64,000 bases of DNA from assembly GCA_041859235.1 (NCBI GenBank), contig JBHEKV010000094.1, positions 5,345-69,344 on the forward strand. Direction: 5' to 3'. Origin of the DNA: Ignavibacteria bacterium. GTDB lineage: Bacteria > Bacteroidota > Ignavibacteria > Tepidaquicellales > OLB5. The position numbers and the translations under genes were made by a program. The notes under the pieces were generated by a model. It made no database searches. It was not told where the DNA came from and saw nothing but the letters and a program-made list of their open reading frames with translations. This document shows, in pieces, positions 1-10,619 of the stretch (position 1 is its first letter; every line of letters begins with the position of its first letter).

Positions 1-672
1 TGTCTGCTGGTTGAACATGATATTTTCCATGGTCATTTCCCAGGTCAGTATCCTGCCGGAAGAAGTCATTGCATTTGATTCTTTTACATCAAACGGGAAT
101 TCAATTGTATAAGTAACTCTTTTTGCGGGGTATGTAGGACTGAACACGCTGTTCATAAGCTCATCATCAAAGCTGCGCTCAGCTTTGCGTGTTGTGTGTT
201 TAAAGAAGAGGTCGCCTTCATCATACTGGAACTTCAAGGTGCTGAACTGCACGGGAAGCTGGTTTGACCAGCTGAATGTGCATTCCTTAATTACCTTGAG
301 AAGAACGATCGGTTCATCAAAGTGATACTGAAGGAAAATTTCTTTGGTACCATCAGCATTTGTGGTTACCTTTACTTCTTTTACTGATGTTCCTCCAACC
401 CTGCCCATATCCATTTTGATACGGTTTTCTATCATGCTGTTATCGTTAACACTATCGGCGCGTTTTTTCCATTTACCCGTAGCATCGCTGGTTGCGAGTA
501 TGTTCATGCGTTCAAAAAATTCCTTATCAAGCGTTACATAAAGATTCTCGTCTCCTGATCCGTCCGGGTTCATTTTAATTTCTCTTTTGACATCAAAACA
601 TCCTGATGATATAAAGAGAACTACCGGCAAAAACGAAAGTAAAATAAATTTAGTAAATTTTACCTTTTTCAT
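1..672 (-). CDS. Probable lipoprotein, partial (C-terminus runs off the left window edge)
   Basis: ATG at 670-672 (minus). Hand translation gives MKKVKFTKFILLSFLPVVLFISSGCFDVK..., a signal peptide with a Cys lipobox-like site. The frame stays open to position 1 and is absent from the ORF track, presumably because no stop lies in the window. Confidence 0.6.
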   Translation of the reverse strand, partial: MKKVKFTKFILLSFLPVVLFISSGCFDVKREIKMNPDGSGDENLYVTLDKEFFERMNILATSDATGKWKKRADSVNDNSMIENRIKMDMGRVGGTSVKEVKVTTNADGTKEIFLQYHFDEPIVLLKVIKECTFSWSNQLPVQFSTLKFQYDEGDLFFKHTTRKAERSFDDELMNSVFSPTYPAKRVTYTIEFPFDVKESNAMTSSGRILTWEMTMENIMFNQQT

Positions 673-770
673 GACTTTTCTGATAATTTTTTGGATTAAA
701 AAAATATTACAACTTATAAGAACAGATTCTCTACAATTACAAATATAACCTGCAACCTGTCACCTAAAAC

Positions 771-1685
771 TTAAACAGTAACTTTATTAACCTGTTTCTG
801 TACTAAAAATAAAACTAACATAAGTAAATTTAAAGGCAAAATGCAGATAATAAGAAAAGCTTCCATATTTCCAAGCAGGGCGGTTATTACGCATAATGTA
901 ATGTGAGTTGTTGAGCCAACATAGCTCCACAATCTTAAAAGCAGGCGGTTTTTGGCGTAATAAACCTTTGGATTAGGCTTCTGTTCGTTGTGATTTTCCT
1001 CGTGGTCTTTCTGGATCTTAAGCTGCAAAGCGGAATATTTCAGGTAAATGGATATCAAGAACCGCTGAAAACCATGCGAGCCGTTTTCTTCCAAACGCTG
1101 TCTTTCATCTTCGTATTCCTTTATCTCTTCAATGATATTCTGTGCTCTGCCGTAGACCACTTCAAGGAATTTATTCCGGTAAAAATCGAAGTAAAACGCC
1201 TGAACTGCGGAGGAGATCCCGCCAAGAATTGCCGTTACCCAGATATATACCACGGGGTCCCACTGTAAAAAAGAATTACCCCAAAGATTAACTTCATGCC
1301 AGTGATACTCTCTTGCCAGCCCGATACCAATTCCGAGAAAGATAAAAATACTTACAATGTAATCCACAAAGCCGTCAACTATCCTGCCAACTTTTGTACC
1401 GTTCTTTTTAAGACGGGCAATCTGCCCGTCGGCACAATCAAGCACATTGCTGGTAAAATATAAAATTGCGCCAATGACAAGGAATGTATATCCGCCAAAA
1501 CCGAACATAATTCCGGCAGTTGAGCCAATTGTGAGCGCGGCAACTGAAACCATATCGGGGGTAATATTTACAGAGTAAGTTGCCTTAACAAAAAGGAAGG
1601 CAAGCGGGCGGTAAACAATGAGGTCGAATATTTCTTCGACCTCAATAGCTTTCAGAGATGACTTATATTGGCTGTATAAACTCAA
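771..1685 (-). CDS. CDP-alcohol phosphatidyltransferase family membrane protein
   Basis: Contains the family signature D-x2-DG-x2-AR-x8-G-x3-D-x3-D (LDCADGQIARLKKNGTKVGRIVDGFVDYIV). Multiple hydrophobic helices. Confidence 0.85.
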   Translation of the reverse strand: MSLYSQYKSSLKAIEVEEIFDLIVYRPLAFLFVKATYSVNITPDMVSVAALTIGSTAGIMFGFGGYTFLVIGAILYFTSNVLDCADGQIARLKKNGTKVGRIVDGFVDYIVSIFIFLGIGIGLAREYHWHEVNLWGNSFLQWDPVVYIWVTAILGGISSAVQAFYFDFYRNKFLEVVYGRAQNIIEEIKEYEDERQRLEENGSHGFQRFLISIYLKYSALQLKIQKDHEENHNEQKPNPKVYYAKNRLLLRLWSYVGSTTHITLCVITALLGNMEAFLIICILPLNLLMLVLFLVQKQVNKVTV

Positions 1686-1726
1686 TATTTATTTTTCAGT
1701 TCGTAAATAGCGGTTCCGGCCATATG

Positions 1727-2872
1727 TTATTTCCAGTTTACTTCTTTGCAGTATTTAACAATTGTATCCATAAGCAGTTTGTTTTCCTCTTTTGTACCAA
1801 GAGAAATTCTCGCTTCTGTTCTGAACGCGTCTTCATCAAGGAATTTTATCCTCAAATTGCGGTCATCAAGATATTTCTTAAGTCCCATACGTATTTCAAC
1901 CGGTATATCCACCAGCATGAAGTTCGCAAATGATCTGAATGGTACAAATCCTTTCAGGCTCAGGAATGTTCTGTACATCATTTCCTTATCTTTTTCATAC
2001 TGCTTACCAATTTTCAGATACCACTTGATGTTATCAAGCGCGATCTCGCCTAATTTCTCTGAAACACGGTTATAGCCAAGGTATCTTGTAGTGAAGTTGA
2101 TAAGAACATCAAGATTTTTGCCGGCAAATGCAAAGCCTATGCGGAATCCTGCCAGTGCGAAGAACTTTGAAAAAGTTCTACAGATCACCAGGTTTGGATA
2201 TTCATCAATGTATGGTTTTACGTATTCATTTTCAGTAGAGCCAAATCCCCAGTAAGCTTCATCAATCATGGTAATGGTATCTTTGGTAGCATCAAGGAAT
2301 TTTTTCAGGTCTTTGGAATCAATGCGGTTACCTGTTGGATTGTTTGGTGATGCAATTACAACCACTTTGGGTTTGGTATCATTGTATATCTGTATCATTG
2401 TATCAACATCATACAGGTAATACGGAATTCCGTCCATTGTACCTTTTTTCATAGGGTACTCAACATTTGTACCTCCGCGCTCAGATGCAACTTTCTTGTA
2501 ATACCACCATGCTTCGCGGGGAATAAGTATTTTATCACCCGGATTTACATAACAGTGAATGATCTGTTTCAGCAGATCTTCTGAGCCGTAACTTAAAAGC
2601 ACATGTTTTTCATCGAAGCCAAAATCATCAGCTATCCTTTTTGAGAGCCTTGATTTTATGCCCTGCATAAAATCGCGGGAATACCAGGAAAGGAGCTGCA
2701 TATCCACTTTTTTAAGGAATTTGTAAACTTCAGGCACTGGTCCTGTTTGTGATTCGTTTCTATCAAGAAACAAAGGCTCTTTGGGATACTTGCTGCTTTT
2801 ATCTGCTTTAGTCTTTTTAACAGACTTTTTGGTATTGGATGATTTTTTTGCTTTTTTCTTTTCTTTTGCCAT
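1727..2872 (-). CDS. Class I/II PLP-dependent aminotransferase (HisC/CobD-like) with Lys-rich N-terminal tail
   Basis: Motifs LDRNES..GP, ASPNNPTGN and RTFSKFFALAGFRIGF (PLP-Lys region) are typical of histidinol-phosphate aminotransferase-like enzymes. The first ~33 aa are KKKAKKSSNTKKSVKKTKADK low complexity. Confidence 0.8.
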   Translation of the reverse strand: MAKEKKKAKKSSNTKKSVKKTKADKSSKYPKEPLFLDRNESQTGPVPEVYKFLKKVDMQLLSWYSRDFMQGIKSRLSKRIADDFGFDEKHVLLSYGSEDLLKQIIHCYVNPGDKILIPREAWWYYKKVASERGGTNVEYPMKKGTMDGIPYYLYDVDTMIQIYNDTKPKVVVIASPNNPTGNRIDSKDLKKFLDATKDTITMIDEAYWGFGSTENEYVKPYIDEYPNLVICRTFSKFFALAGFRIGFAFAGKNLDVLINFTTRYLGYNRVSEKLGEIALDNIKWYLKIGKQYEKDKEMMYRTFLSLKGFVPFRSFANFMLVDIPVEIRMGLKKYLDDRNLRIKFLDEDAFRTEARISLGTKEENKLLMDTIVKYCKEVNWK

Positions 2873-2877
2873 AAAAA

Positions 2878-4083
2878 TTAGTTATTAGTTAGTGCCTCAA
2901 CCCCGGGAAGGACTTTTCCTTCAAGGAATTCAAGGCTTGCGCCTCCGCCTGTTGAGACGTGGCTTACATCTTTTTCGAGTCCTGCTTTAGCTATAGCTGC
3001 CGCAGAATCCCCGCCACCTATAACAGTTACAGCGCCCTTTTTGGTTGCTTCGGCAAGCGCCATAGCGACTTCAAATGTTCCTTTTGCAAAGTTATCCATT
3101 TCAAACACACCCATTGGACCGTTCCACACAATTGTTTTGGCTTTTAGGATCTCCTCTTTGAACAATGAAATAGTTTTTGAGCCAATATCCATCCCAATTT
3201 TATCGGCGGGAATATTATCAGCATCAACTGTCGAATAGGCCGCGTCGTTTTCAAACTTATCTGCTGCAACCACATCAACCGGCAGCATTAATTTATTGCC
3301 GGCTTCAGCAATGAGCTCTTTTGCAAGCTCAACCCTGTCTTCTTCAAGAAGTGATTTGCCTATTTCGTATCCCATGGCTTTATAAAATGTGAATATCATT
3401 CCGCCGCCAACAAGTATTTTATCGGCTTTGCCCAGCAGGTTCTTTATCACCTCAATTTTACCTGAAATTTTGCTTCCGCCAAGTATTGCCACATAAGGAT
3501 GCTCCGGGTGGGATACAGCTTTTGAAAGATACTCAAGCTCTTTCTGCATCAGGAAACCTGCAGCGCATTTTGAGATGTATTTTGTGACACCTTCCGTTGA
3601 GGCATGTGCGCGGTGCGCGGTACCGAAGGCATCGTTGATATATATATCACCGTATGAAGCAAGTTTTTTTGCAAATTCAGGGTTATTTTTTTCTTCTTCG
3701 TTATAAAACCGCAGATTTTCAAGCAGCAAAATATCACCATCCTGCAGGTCGTTCACAATTGCTTCAGTGCTTTCGCCAATACAGTCATCCGCGAATAAAA
3801 CAGGTTTATCGAGTAATTCCGAAAGATGCATTGCAATGGGTCTTAAGGAGTATTTCAGATTCTTTTCCCCCTTGGGTCTGCCCATATGACTCATTAAAAT
3901 AAGCTTTCCGCCTTCGGATATTACTTTTGAAATTGTCGGCAAAGATTCAACTATCCTCTTATCATCGGTAATTTTGCCTTCTGTTTCTTTTGACATCGGG
4001 ACATTGAAATCAACCCTTACTAAAACTCGTTTGGATCTTAGTTCACCATTTTTGGAAAGGTCTTCTATTGTTAGTTTGTTCAT
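2878..4083 (-). CDS. pgk: Phosphoglycerate kinase
   Basis: Full-length PGK similarity ([33 protein letters not shown]). Start moved to the internal ATG at 4081-4083 (MNKLTIEDL...) because the upstream 18 codons look non-conserved. Confidence 0.93.
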   Translation of the reverse strand: MNKLTIEDLSKNGELRSKRVLVRVDFNVPMSKETEGKITDDKRIVESLPTISKVISEGGKLILMSHMGRPKGEKNLKYSLRPIAMHLSELLDKPVLFADDCIGESTEAIVNDLQDGDILLLENLRFYNEEEKNNPEFAKKLASYGDIYINDAFGTAHRAHASTEGVTKYISKCAAGFLMQKELEYLSKAVSHPEHPYVAILGGSKISGKIEVIKNLLGKADKILVGGGMIFTFYKAMGYEIGKSLLEEDRVELAKELIAEAGNKLMLPVDVVAADKFENDAAYSTVDADNIPADKIGMDIGSKTISLFKEEILKAKTIVWNGPMGVFEMDNFAKGTFEVAMALAEATKKGAVTVIGGGDSAAAIAKAGLEKDVSHVSTGGGASLEFLEGKVLPGVEALTNN

Positions 4084-4168
4084 TCGAATTATTAAAAACC
4101 GATTAAACGGTTTACCATTATTAAATAAAATACCCACGACTAAAGTCGTGGGCTAAAATTATTATTTT

Positions 4169-5221
<1,053 letters not shown>

Positions 5222-5321
5222 TTAAACTCCTGTTCTACTTTTTAGTTCTTTGTTTGCTGAATAGAAATTCAGTAAGTAAAACGTAAAAATACCGAAAAAT
5301 GCAGATTTATTCAATGTATAA

Positions 5322-5355
5322 TAAAAAAGCCTGTCCAAAACAGGAGGACAGGCTT
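5322..5355 (-). terminator. Rho-independent terminator downstream of the 5380-5739 ORF
   Basis: The minus strand reads AAGCCTGTCC-tcctgtttt-GGACAGGCTT followed by TTTTTAT. Confidence 0.75.
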
Positions 5356-5379
5356 TGCAAAATCAGAAAATAAGGCAAA

Positions 5380-5739
5380 CTACTCCATAGCAGTATAAGT
5401 GCCATCCGCATTCAGGATCAGGGTATGCAGCTTGCAGGCATCCATACCTGTAAAGGTAATGGAATTACCGGCCAAATCTGTGATTTTCATATCAAACGCA
5501 CAGGTAGCGCCGTAATCAGCGGGAATATCAACCCTAACAGAGGTGCTGTTTTCAAAGAGGTCGTTAGGCAGAATGTCATTTCCCCAGTTGCCGGTCTCTG
5601 CGGGAGTAACATAAATATTATTCAGTGTAACACCGGTATTGTTGGTTACAAAGAAGTAAAGCGCCTGTGACTGAGTACTGCTTTCTGCAAAAAGGAACAT
5701 TACTGCCAACATTGAAGCTGCTACTAGAATTCTTTTCAT
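5380..5739 (-). CDS. Small secreted protein of unknown function
   Basis: N-terminal signal peptide MKRILVAASMLAVMFLFAESS. No recognisable motif. Confidence 0.5.
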   Translation of the reverse strand: MKRILVAASMLAVMFLFAESSTQSQALYFFVTNNTGVTLNNIYVTPAETGNWGNDILPNDLFENSTSVRVDIPADYGATCAFDMKITDLAGNSITFTGMDACKLHTLILNADGTYTAME

Positions 5740-5905
5740 TTTAGTTTGGTTAATTATTAAATGTTACAGCAAAGATAACTAATAAAATATATATCTCCTA
5801 CTTTCTTTACAAACTGTTACAAATAAAGGCTGTTACATGGTTCGCAGTTCAACTGTAACTCCCCAAAATATGATATAGAACATTGATATTAACCCCATAG
5901 ATAGC

Positions 5906-5913
5906 TATATTTG
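5906..5913 (+). promoter_or_regulatory. Candidate FCB-type -7 promoter box (TATATTTG) upstream of efp
   Basis: Exact TATATTTG, matching the Bacteroidetes-type TAnnTTTG consensus. It lies about 130 nt upstream of the efp ATG. The leader contains a GGTATTTT...AAAATACC hairpin. Confidence 0.3.
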
Positions 5914-6042
5914 TGAATATTTTTTAACTGAAATGCGGGTATTTTGAGGTGTTTTTGATAAAAATACCCCTGATTTCGTTCAAAATCGATTAAAAATCAC
6001 TCAAAACCGATAACATTAAAATAAGGAGAATTTGGGCATTTT

Positions 6043-6606
6043 ATGGGTTCAACATCAGATCTGAGAAACGGCTTGGTAATCAAGTATAACGGTGAGCTGC
6101 ACATAGTTATTAAATGGGAACACAGAACCCCGGGCAATCTTAGGGCATTTTATCAGGTTAAGATGAAGAACCTGAAGAATGGCAAAACCATTGAAAATCG
6201 CTTCCGTTCGGGGGAAGAAATTGAAGTAGTAAGAATGGAAACAAGGGAGTATCAGTACCTTTACCATGACGGTTCAGGCTATGTATTTATGGATAACAAC
6301 AATTATGACCAGGTATCAATCCCTGATGACATAGTAGGCGATCAGGCACAGTTCCTTAAGGAAAGTGAGAATTGCCAGATAATGTTTGACGGTGAAAAAC
6401 CGGTTACTGTTGAAATTCCGCCGCATGTAGAACTAAAAGTAATTGAGGCACCGCCCGGCAACAAGGGCGATACCGCAACAGGCGGAACAAAACCCGTCGT
6501 TGTGGAAACAGGGGCAACCGTAAATGCCCCGATGTTTATCAGCGAGGGAGATGTGATCAAAGTTGATACAAGAACCGCCGCTTATCTGGAAAGAGTGAAG
6601 AAGTAA
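6043..6606 (+). CDS. efp: Elongation factor P
   Basis: Full-length EF-P similarity (three OB/KOW-like domains; GDTATGGTKP, IKVDTR). AAGGAG Shine-Dalgarno upstream. Confidence 0.93.
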   Translation: MGSTSDLRNGLVIKYNGELHIVIKWEHRTPGNLRAFYQVKMKNLKNGKTIENRFRSGEEIEVVRMETREYQYLYHDGSGYVFMDNNNYDQVSIPDDIVGDQAQFLKESENCQIMFDGEKPVTVEIPPHVELKVIEAPPGNKGDTATGGTKPVVVETGATVNAPMFISEGDVIKVDTRTAAYLERVKK

Positions 6607-6752
6607 AAAGGCAAAAGCAAAAAAGAGTTCAGAAGCAAAAAAGAAACCAAACATTGTAAAGATTTTTATAAAAGAATAAAAGCAGCAAATATTGAAGACA
6701 AAAATGTCTAACACCCACAATCCATTAATAATGTGAGGATAAAATAAAGCAA

Positions 6753-7262
6753 ATGAAAACTGATCTAAACTACATCAAAAAGCTTTTGAAGATCCTGGAA
6801 TCAGGCGAGATCAACGAGATCGAGATCGAAGAAGAAGGTACCAGGGTTAGAGTTGTTAAATCAAAACCGCAGGAAGCCGTGCAGGCACCGCAGATGATAA
6901 CCTACGCTGCACCGCCAATGCAGCAGGCTCCGCAGGCGGCAGCCCCTGTTGCGGCTGCGCCAAACGCGCCGGCAGCTAAGACTGAGGAGAAAAAAGAGAA
7001 TACTTCGGCCAGCGGTAAAGAACTCATAGAAATTCGTTCACCTATCGTTGGTACTTTCTACCGCGCGCCATCTCCAAATGCAGATCCATATGTCGCAGTA
7101 GGACAGCAGGTATCAAAAGGAAATATATTGTGTATAATTGAAGCAATGAAACTGATGAATGAAATTGAGTGCGAATACGAAGGCAAGATCACCAAGATAC
7201 TCGTTGAAAATGCGCAGCCGGTTGAATACAACCAGGTACTTTTCCTTGTAGAGCCTAATTAA
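6753..7262 (+). CDS. accB: Acetyl-CoA carboxylase biotin carboxyl carrier protein
   Basis: Ala/Pro-rich linker followed by the biotinyl domain with the [10 protein letters not shown] biotin-attachment motif. Confidence 0.92.
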   Translation: MKTDLNYIKKLLKILESGEINEIEIEEEGTRVRVVKSKPQEAVQAPQMITYAAPPMQQAPQAAAPVAAAPNAPAAKTEEKKENTSASGKELIEIRSPIVGTFYRAPSPNADPYVAVGQQVSKGNILCIIEAMKLMNEIECEYEGKITKILVENAQPVEYNQVLFLVEPN

Positions 7263-7339
7263 TTATTGCTTTTGATAATGCGCAATGGAGCCGAAATTTT
7301 TCCGGCTTTTAAAAAATATTATTAAGACTACCTAAGAAA

Positions 7340-8677
7340 TTGCTAAAGAAAATATTAATTGCCAACAGGGGCGAAATTGCCCTGAGAATAATACGAACCT
7401 GCAGGGATATGGGCATCAAAACAGTTGCGGTGTATTCCGAAGCAGACAAAGAATCTCTGCACGTCAGGTTTGCTGACGAGGCGGTATGCATAGGGCCGCC
7501 GCCATCAAGAGAGAGTTATTTGAGCATTCCCAGAATAATTGCGGCCGCTGAAATTACAAACGCAGACGCAATACATCCTGGGTACGGATTCCTTGCCGAA
7601 AATGCTGAATTTTCGGAGATATGCAGAGAATCAGAGATCAAATTTATCGGGCCATCCGCAGATATGATAAAATCTATGGGTGATAAAGCTTATGCAAAAG
7701 ACACAATGAGAAAATCCGGAGTTCCGGTTGTACCCGGCAGCGATGGCGTAATTTCAAGTGTTGAAGAAGCAAAAAAGATAGCAGCAGAATTCGGTTACCC
7801 GGTACTCATCAAAGCATCTGCCGGAGGCGGAGGCAAGGGTATGAGGATAGTAAACCAGGATAGCGAAATGGAAACAGCCTTCAACATGGCTACCAATGAA
7901 GCGCTTAATGCGTTCGGCAACGGTGAAGTATATGTTGAAAAATTCGTTGAAAATCCAAGGCACATAGAAATTCAGGTATTAGGAGATCAGTTTGGAAATG
8001 TGGTTCATTTGGGCGAACGTGATTGTTCAGTTCAGCGCAGACACCAGAAGCTGATTGAAGAAACCCCTTCACCGTTTATCACTGATGAAATCCGGGAGGC
8101 AATGGGCGCGGCAGCCGTAAAGGGAGCTAAATCAGTTAACTATGAAGGTGCAGGTACAGTTGAGTTCATTGTTGATAAGAATAAAAACTTCTATTTCATG
8201 GAAATGAATACACGCATACAGGTTGAGCATCCTGTAACCGAGCAGGTAACAGGTGTTGATCTTATCCGTGAGCAGATAGCTGTGGCATCAGGGTTAAAGC
8301 TGAAAGTAAAGGATGTAAAACGTTCCGGACACTCAATTGAGTGCAGAATAAACGCCGAGAATCCTGATAAGAATTTCGCACCTTCTCCCGGAAAAATAAC
8401 ATCTTTTCATATGCCCGGCGGAATAGGTGTACGTGTGGATACACATGCATACGCTAATTACTATATACCTCCTTTCTACGATAGTATGATAGCAAAATTA
8501 ATTGTTACAGCAGATGATAGAGATGAAGCTATAAAAAGAATGTACAGAGCGCTTGATGAATTTATAATTGAAGGCGTGCATACTACAATTCCTTTCCACA
8601 AGAAAGTTATGCGCCATGAGAAATTCATAGATGGTGATTTTGATACAAGCTTTATCGAAAAATATGGTTTAGCGTAA
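7340..8677 (+). CDS. accC: Acetyl-CoA carboxylase biotin carboxylase subunit (TTG start)
   Basis: [20 protein letters not shown]-terminus, ATP-grasp core, [14 protein letters not shown] motif. Immediately downstream of accB. Confidence 0.95.
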   Translation: MLKKILIANRGEIALRIIRTCRDMGIKTVAVYSEADKESLHVRFADEAVCIGPPPSRESYLSIPRIIAAAEITNADAIHPGYGFLAENAEFSEICRESEIKFIGPSADMIKSMGDKAYAKDTMRKSGVPVVPGSDGVISSVEEAKKIAAEFGYPVLIKASAGGGGKGMRIVNQDSEMETAFNMATNEALNAFGNGEVYVEKFVENPRHIEIQVLGDQFGNVVHLGERDCSVQRRHQKLIEETPSPFITDEIREAMGAAAVKGAKSVNYEGAGTVEFIVDKNKNFYFMEMNTRIQVEHPVTEQVTGVDLIREQIAVASGLKLKVKDVKRSGHSIECRINAENPDKNFAPSPGKITSFHMPGGIGVRVDTHAYANYYIPPFYDSMIAKLIVTADDRDEAIKRMYRALDEFIIEGVHTTIPFHKKVMRHEKFIDGDFDTSFIEKYGLA

Positions 8678-8705
8678 GGATCACGGTTTAGAAACAGCAA
8701 ATTCA

Positions 8706-8735
8706 AAACGGGCTATTAAAGCCCGTTTTTTATTT
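8706..8735 (+). terminator. Rho-independent terminator after accC
   Basis: AAACGGGC-tattaa-GCCCGTTT followed by a T-run. Confidence 0.75.
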
Positions 8736-8759
8736 CTCTCAAAACAGCAGTATAATTAA

Positions 8760-9242
8760 TTATCTTTTGGAAGCAGGTTTACGCTTTGCCGTGGGTTTTT
8801 TAGCGGCAGTTTTTTTCTTTGCGGCTGATTTCTTTTCCGCAGGTTTTTTTACAGCTTTAGGCTTAGCCGGTTTTGAGGAAGGCTTGCCCTGCGGCGCTTC
8901 ATCGGTTACTTCAGTGATCTCAGCATCGCCCCATAGTTTTTCGAGGGAGTAGAAGCTGCGCGTATCCTTCAGGAAAACATGCACCACGACGTCAACAAAA
9001 TCAAGCAGTACCCATGATTTCATGTTGGTGCCTTCTTTGTGCCACACGGTTTCACCGTCTTTTTTCGCGCCTTCAAGTACAGCATCAGCAACAGCTTTTA
9101 CCTGAGGTTCGGAATGCGCCGTACATATCACAAAAAAATCTGCTATAGTAGTGATTTTCCTGAGGTCAAGGATCTTAATATCATCAGCTTTTTTGGTTAA
9201 GGCAAGTTCAGCGAGTTTGAAAGCAAGTGTTTTGGAATCCAA
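8760..9242 (-). CDS. rsfS: Ribosome silencing factor RsfS (iojap-like) with Lys/Ala/Pro-rich C-terminal tail
   Basis: RsfS core (ILDLRKITTIADFFVICTAHSEPQVKAVADAV ... FYSLEKLWGDA). The last ~45 aa are KPSSKPAKPKAVKKPAEKKSAAKKKTAAKKPTAKRKPASKR. Confidence 0.85.
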   Translation of the reverse strand: MDSKTLAFKLAELALTKKADDIKILDLRKITTIADFFVICTAHSEPQVKAVADAVLEGAKKDGETVWHKEGTNMKSWVLLDFVDVVVHVFLKDTRSFYSLEKLWGDAEITEVTDEAPQGKPSSKPAKPKAVKKPAEKKSAAKKKTAAKKPTAKRKPASKR

Positions 9243-9296
9243 GTTTTATAAACTTTCTATATTATTTAAAATTTAATTATAAAAAAAATTTCAGGA

Positions 9297-9316
9297 GCAT
9301 TGACGCAGTCAATGCA
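9297..9316. repeat. Palindromic hairpin element, copy A (GCATTGAC-GCA-GTCAATGCA)
   Basis: Exact reverse complement of the 20-mer at 17946-17965. It lies just 3' of the stop codon of the 9328-9843 gene. Confidence 0.8.
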
Positions 9317-9327
9317 GTCCAAAAAGA

Positions 9328-9843
9328 TCATGGTTTTGTTTGTGTTTCCGTTTGGTGTTTGAACGGAATAAGTTCCTCGTAATCTTTTCCTATCACAACT
9401 GTCGCATCTAAGAAATAATTCTTATTCATCTGCTGAATGACGTATTTATCAGATACACCCAGGGAAAGCGCGACGCGTTTAGCATTTTTCATATTTCCCG
9501 CGCGGTCAATCACCATTGTAGTTTTAATATCCTGAGTTGTGAAGTTACCCATTTCAACCACATCAAAACCTTTAGAGCGCAGGTATTCGGTGAATTTATC
9601 TGCAATGCCCGATACTCCGCAGCCGTTTTGTACATCTATCTGCAGTGTGCCGCCGGATGGCTGCTTGGTAAGATAAGTGGTTGAATCAACCACCTGAGTT
9701 TTCACATCTGTTTGGGGAGTTGTAAGGCGCTTAAAAAGATTATAGAAAAGGTAAATTGTTACAACTGCCAGCAGAACAATTAAAATGTTAATGGAATAAT
9801 TCTTGAACTTACTTACAAATTCACCTGAATTTGCTGGTGGCAT
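9328..9843 (-). CDS. LytR_C (cell-envelope related transcriptional attenuator C-terminal) domain membrane-anchored protein
   Basis: One N-terminal TM helix, then the pattern VQNGCGVSGIADKFTEYLRSKGFDVVEMGN...VIDRAG typical of LytR_C domains. Confidence 0.65.
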   Translation of the reverse strand: MPPANSGEFVSKFKNYSINILIVLLAVVTIYLFYNLFKRLTTPQTDVKTQVVDSTTYLTKQPSGGTLQIDVQNGCGVSGIADKFTEYLRSKGFDVVEMGNFTTQDIKTTMVIDRAGNMKNAKRVALSLGVSDKYVIQQMNKNYFLDATVVIGKDYEELIPFKHQTETQTKP

Positions 9844-9889
9844 TAATAACCGAATTAGTTAAATGAATTTTGAAACCGGCTAAGGCTCT

Positions 9890-10384
9890 TTACCTGCCAA
9901 GCCAGTATGGATTGTAATAGCTGTTATAATAATTATCGTAACCGTAATAACCGCCTTTGGGGTTAAAATAATTTACACTTATATGCATATCCTTTGTCGG
10001 ACTGTAATCAAGTGAAACCCTGCTAAGATTAATACCGTTCAAAGAATTCTGGAAATCTTTATTAATAGCAGGATTATTTGAGCCTATAGAAGCATAAGGC
10101 GAATACTGCATTGTTACATCAGCGCTCAGATTCAGGTTCTTTAAAATTTTATAGTTCATTGTAGCAGTATAAGAAGCAAGACTTACCGAAGTATTTCCGC
10201 CTGTCATAACATTCATACTGAATGAATGAGTAACTGAAAAATTCTTGGGGTTTATAAACCCAAGAAGAAGTCCGTTGCCTGATTTAAGCTTGGTTTTTGT
10301 CTTATTTGGGATCTCTTTAAACTGCGAAAATGAAATACCTGTAACTAGGGCTAAAATAACTGCTATTAATGCTATTTTTTTCAT
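9890..10384 (-). CDS. Secreted protein, possibly small outer-membrane beta-barrel
   Basis: Signal peptide MKKIALIAVILALVTGISFS, alternating-polarity strands, aromatic-rich C-terminus. No specific motif. Confidence 0.45.
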   Translation of the reverse strand: MKKIALIAVILALVTGISFSQFKEIPNKTKTKLKSGNGLLLGFINPKNFSVTHSFSMNVMTGGNTSVSLASYTATMNYKILKNLNLSADVTMQYSPYASIGSNNPAINKDFQNSLNGINLSRVSLDYSPTKDMHISVNYFNPKGGYYGYDNYYNSYYNPYWLGR

Positions 10385-10542
10385 TTTTTGCTATTTTATT
10401 GAATACAGAATAATAATTAATGGTTATTAAATCAATTGATTAATACTACTACAAATGTAAAGAAATGTAATGAAAACCGGGGCAATATAGATGATAATAC
10501 CTGTAATTGAGCAACTGAAATCACTGCAAAAAGCTGTATTTA

Positions 10543-10576
10543 CATAATAAAAGAAGGAACTTCAAAATAAAGTTCC
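10543..10576 (-). terminator. Terminator-like hairpin on the minus strand (3' of the 10723-12555 gene)
   Basis: The minus strand reads GGAACTT-tattttg-AAGTTCC followed by TTCTTTTATT. Confidence 0.5.
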
Positions 10577-10619
10577 CTCCTTTTAGAACCGGGGCGGCCA
10601 TTCCCGCTTCCGGTTTTTT
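10545..10619 (+). ncRNA. Candidate small RNA (two hairpins, CCUCC linker, U-tail); boundaries and strand uncertain
   Basis: Hairpin GGAACTT/AAGTTCC (10556-10576), linker CTCCTTTTAG, then the GC-rich terminator hairpin and T-run. The local GC content is clearly higher than in surrounding intergenic DNA. Confidence 0.25.
10587..10619 (+). terminator. Strong terminator-like hairpin on the plus strand with no upstream plus-strand ORF
   Basis: AACCGG-G-GCGG-ccattc-CCGC-tt-CCGGTT followed by TTTTT. Both flanking genes are on the minus strand. Confidence 0.55.

Noticed and set aside
4084-4137. Longer pgk start ([18 protein letters not shown]...).
   Set aside because: The PGK conserved N-terminus begins at MNKLTIEDL (ATG 4081-4083). 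The extension has no counterpart in PGK proteins as I recall them.
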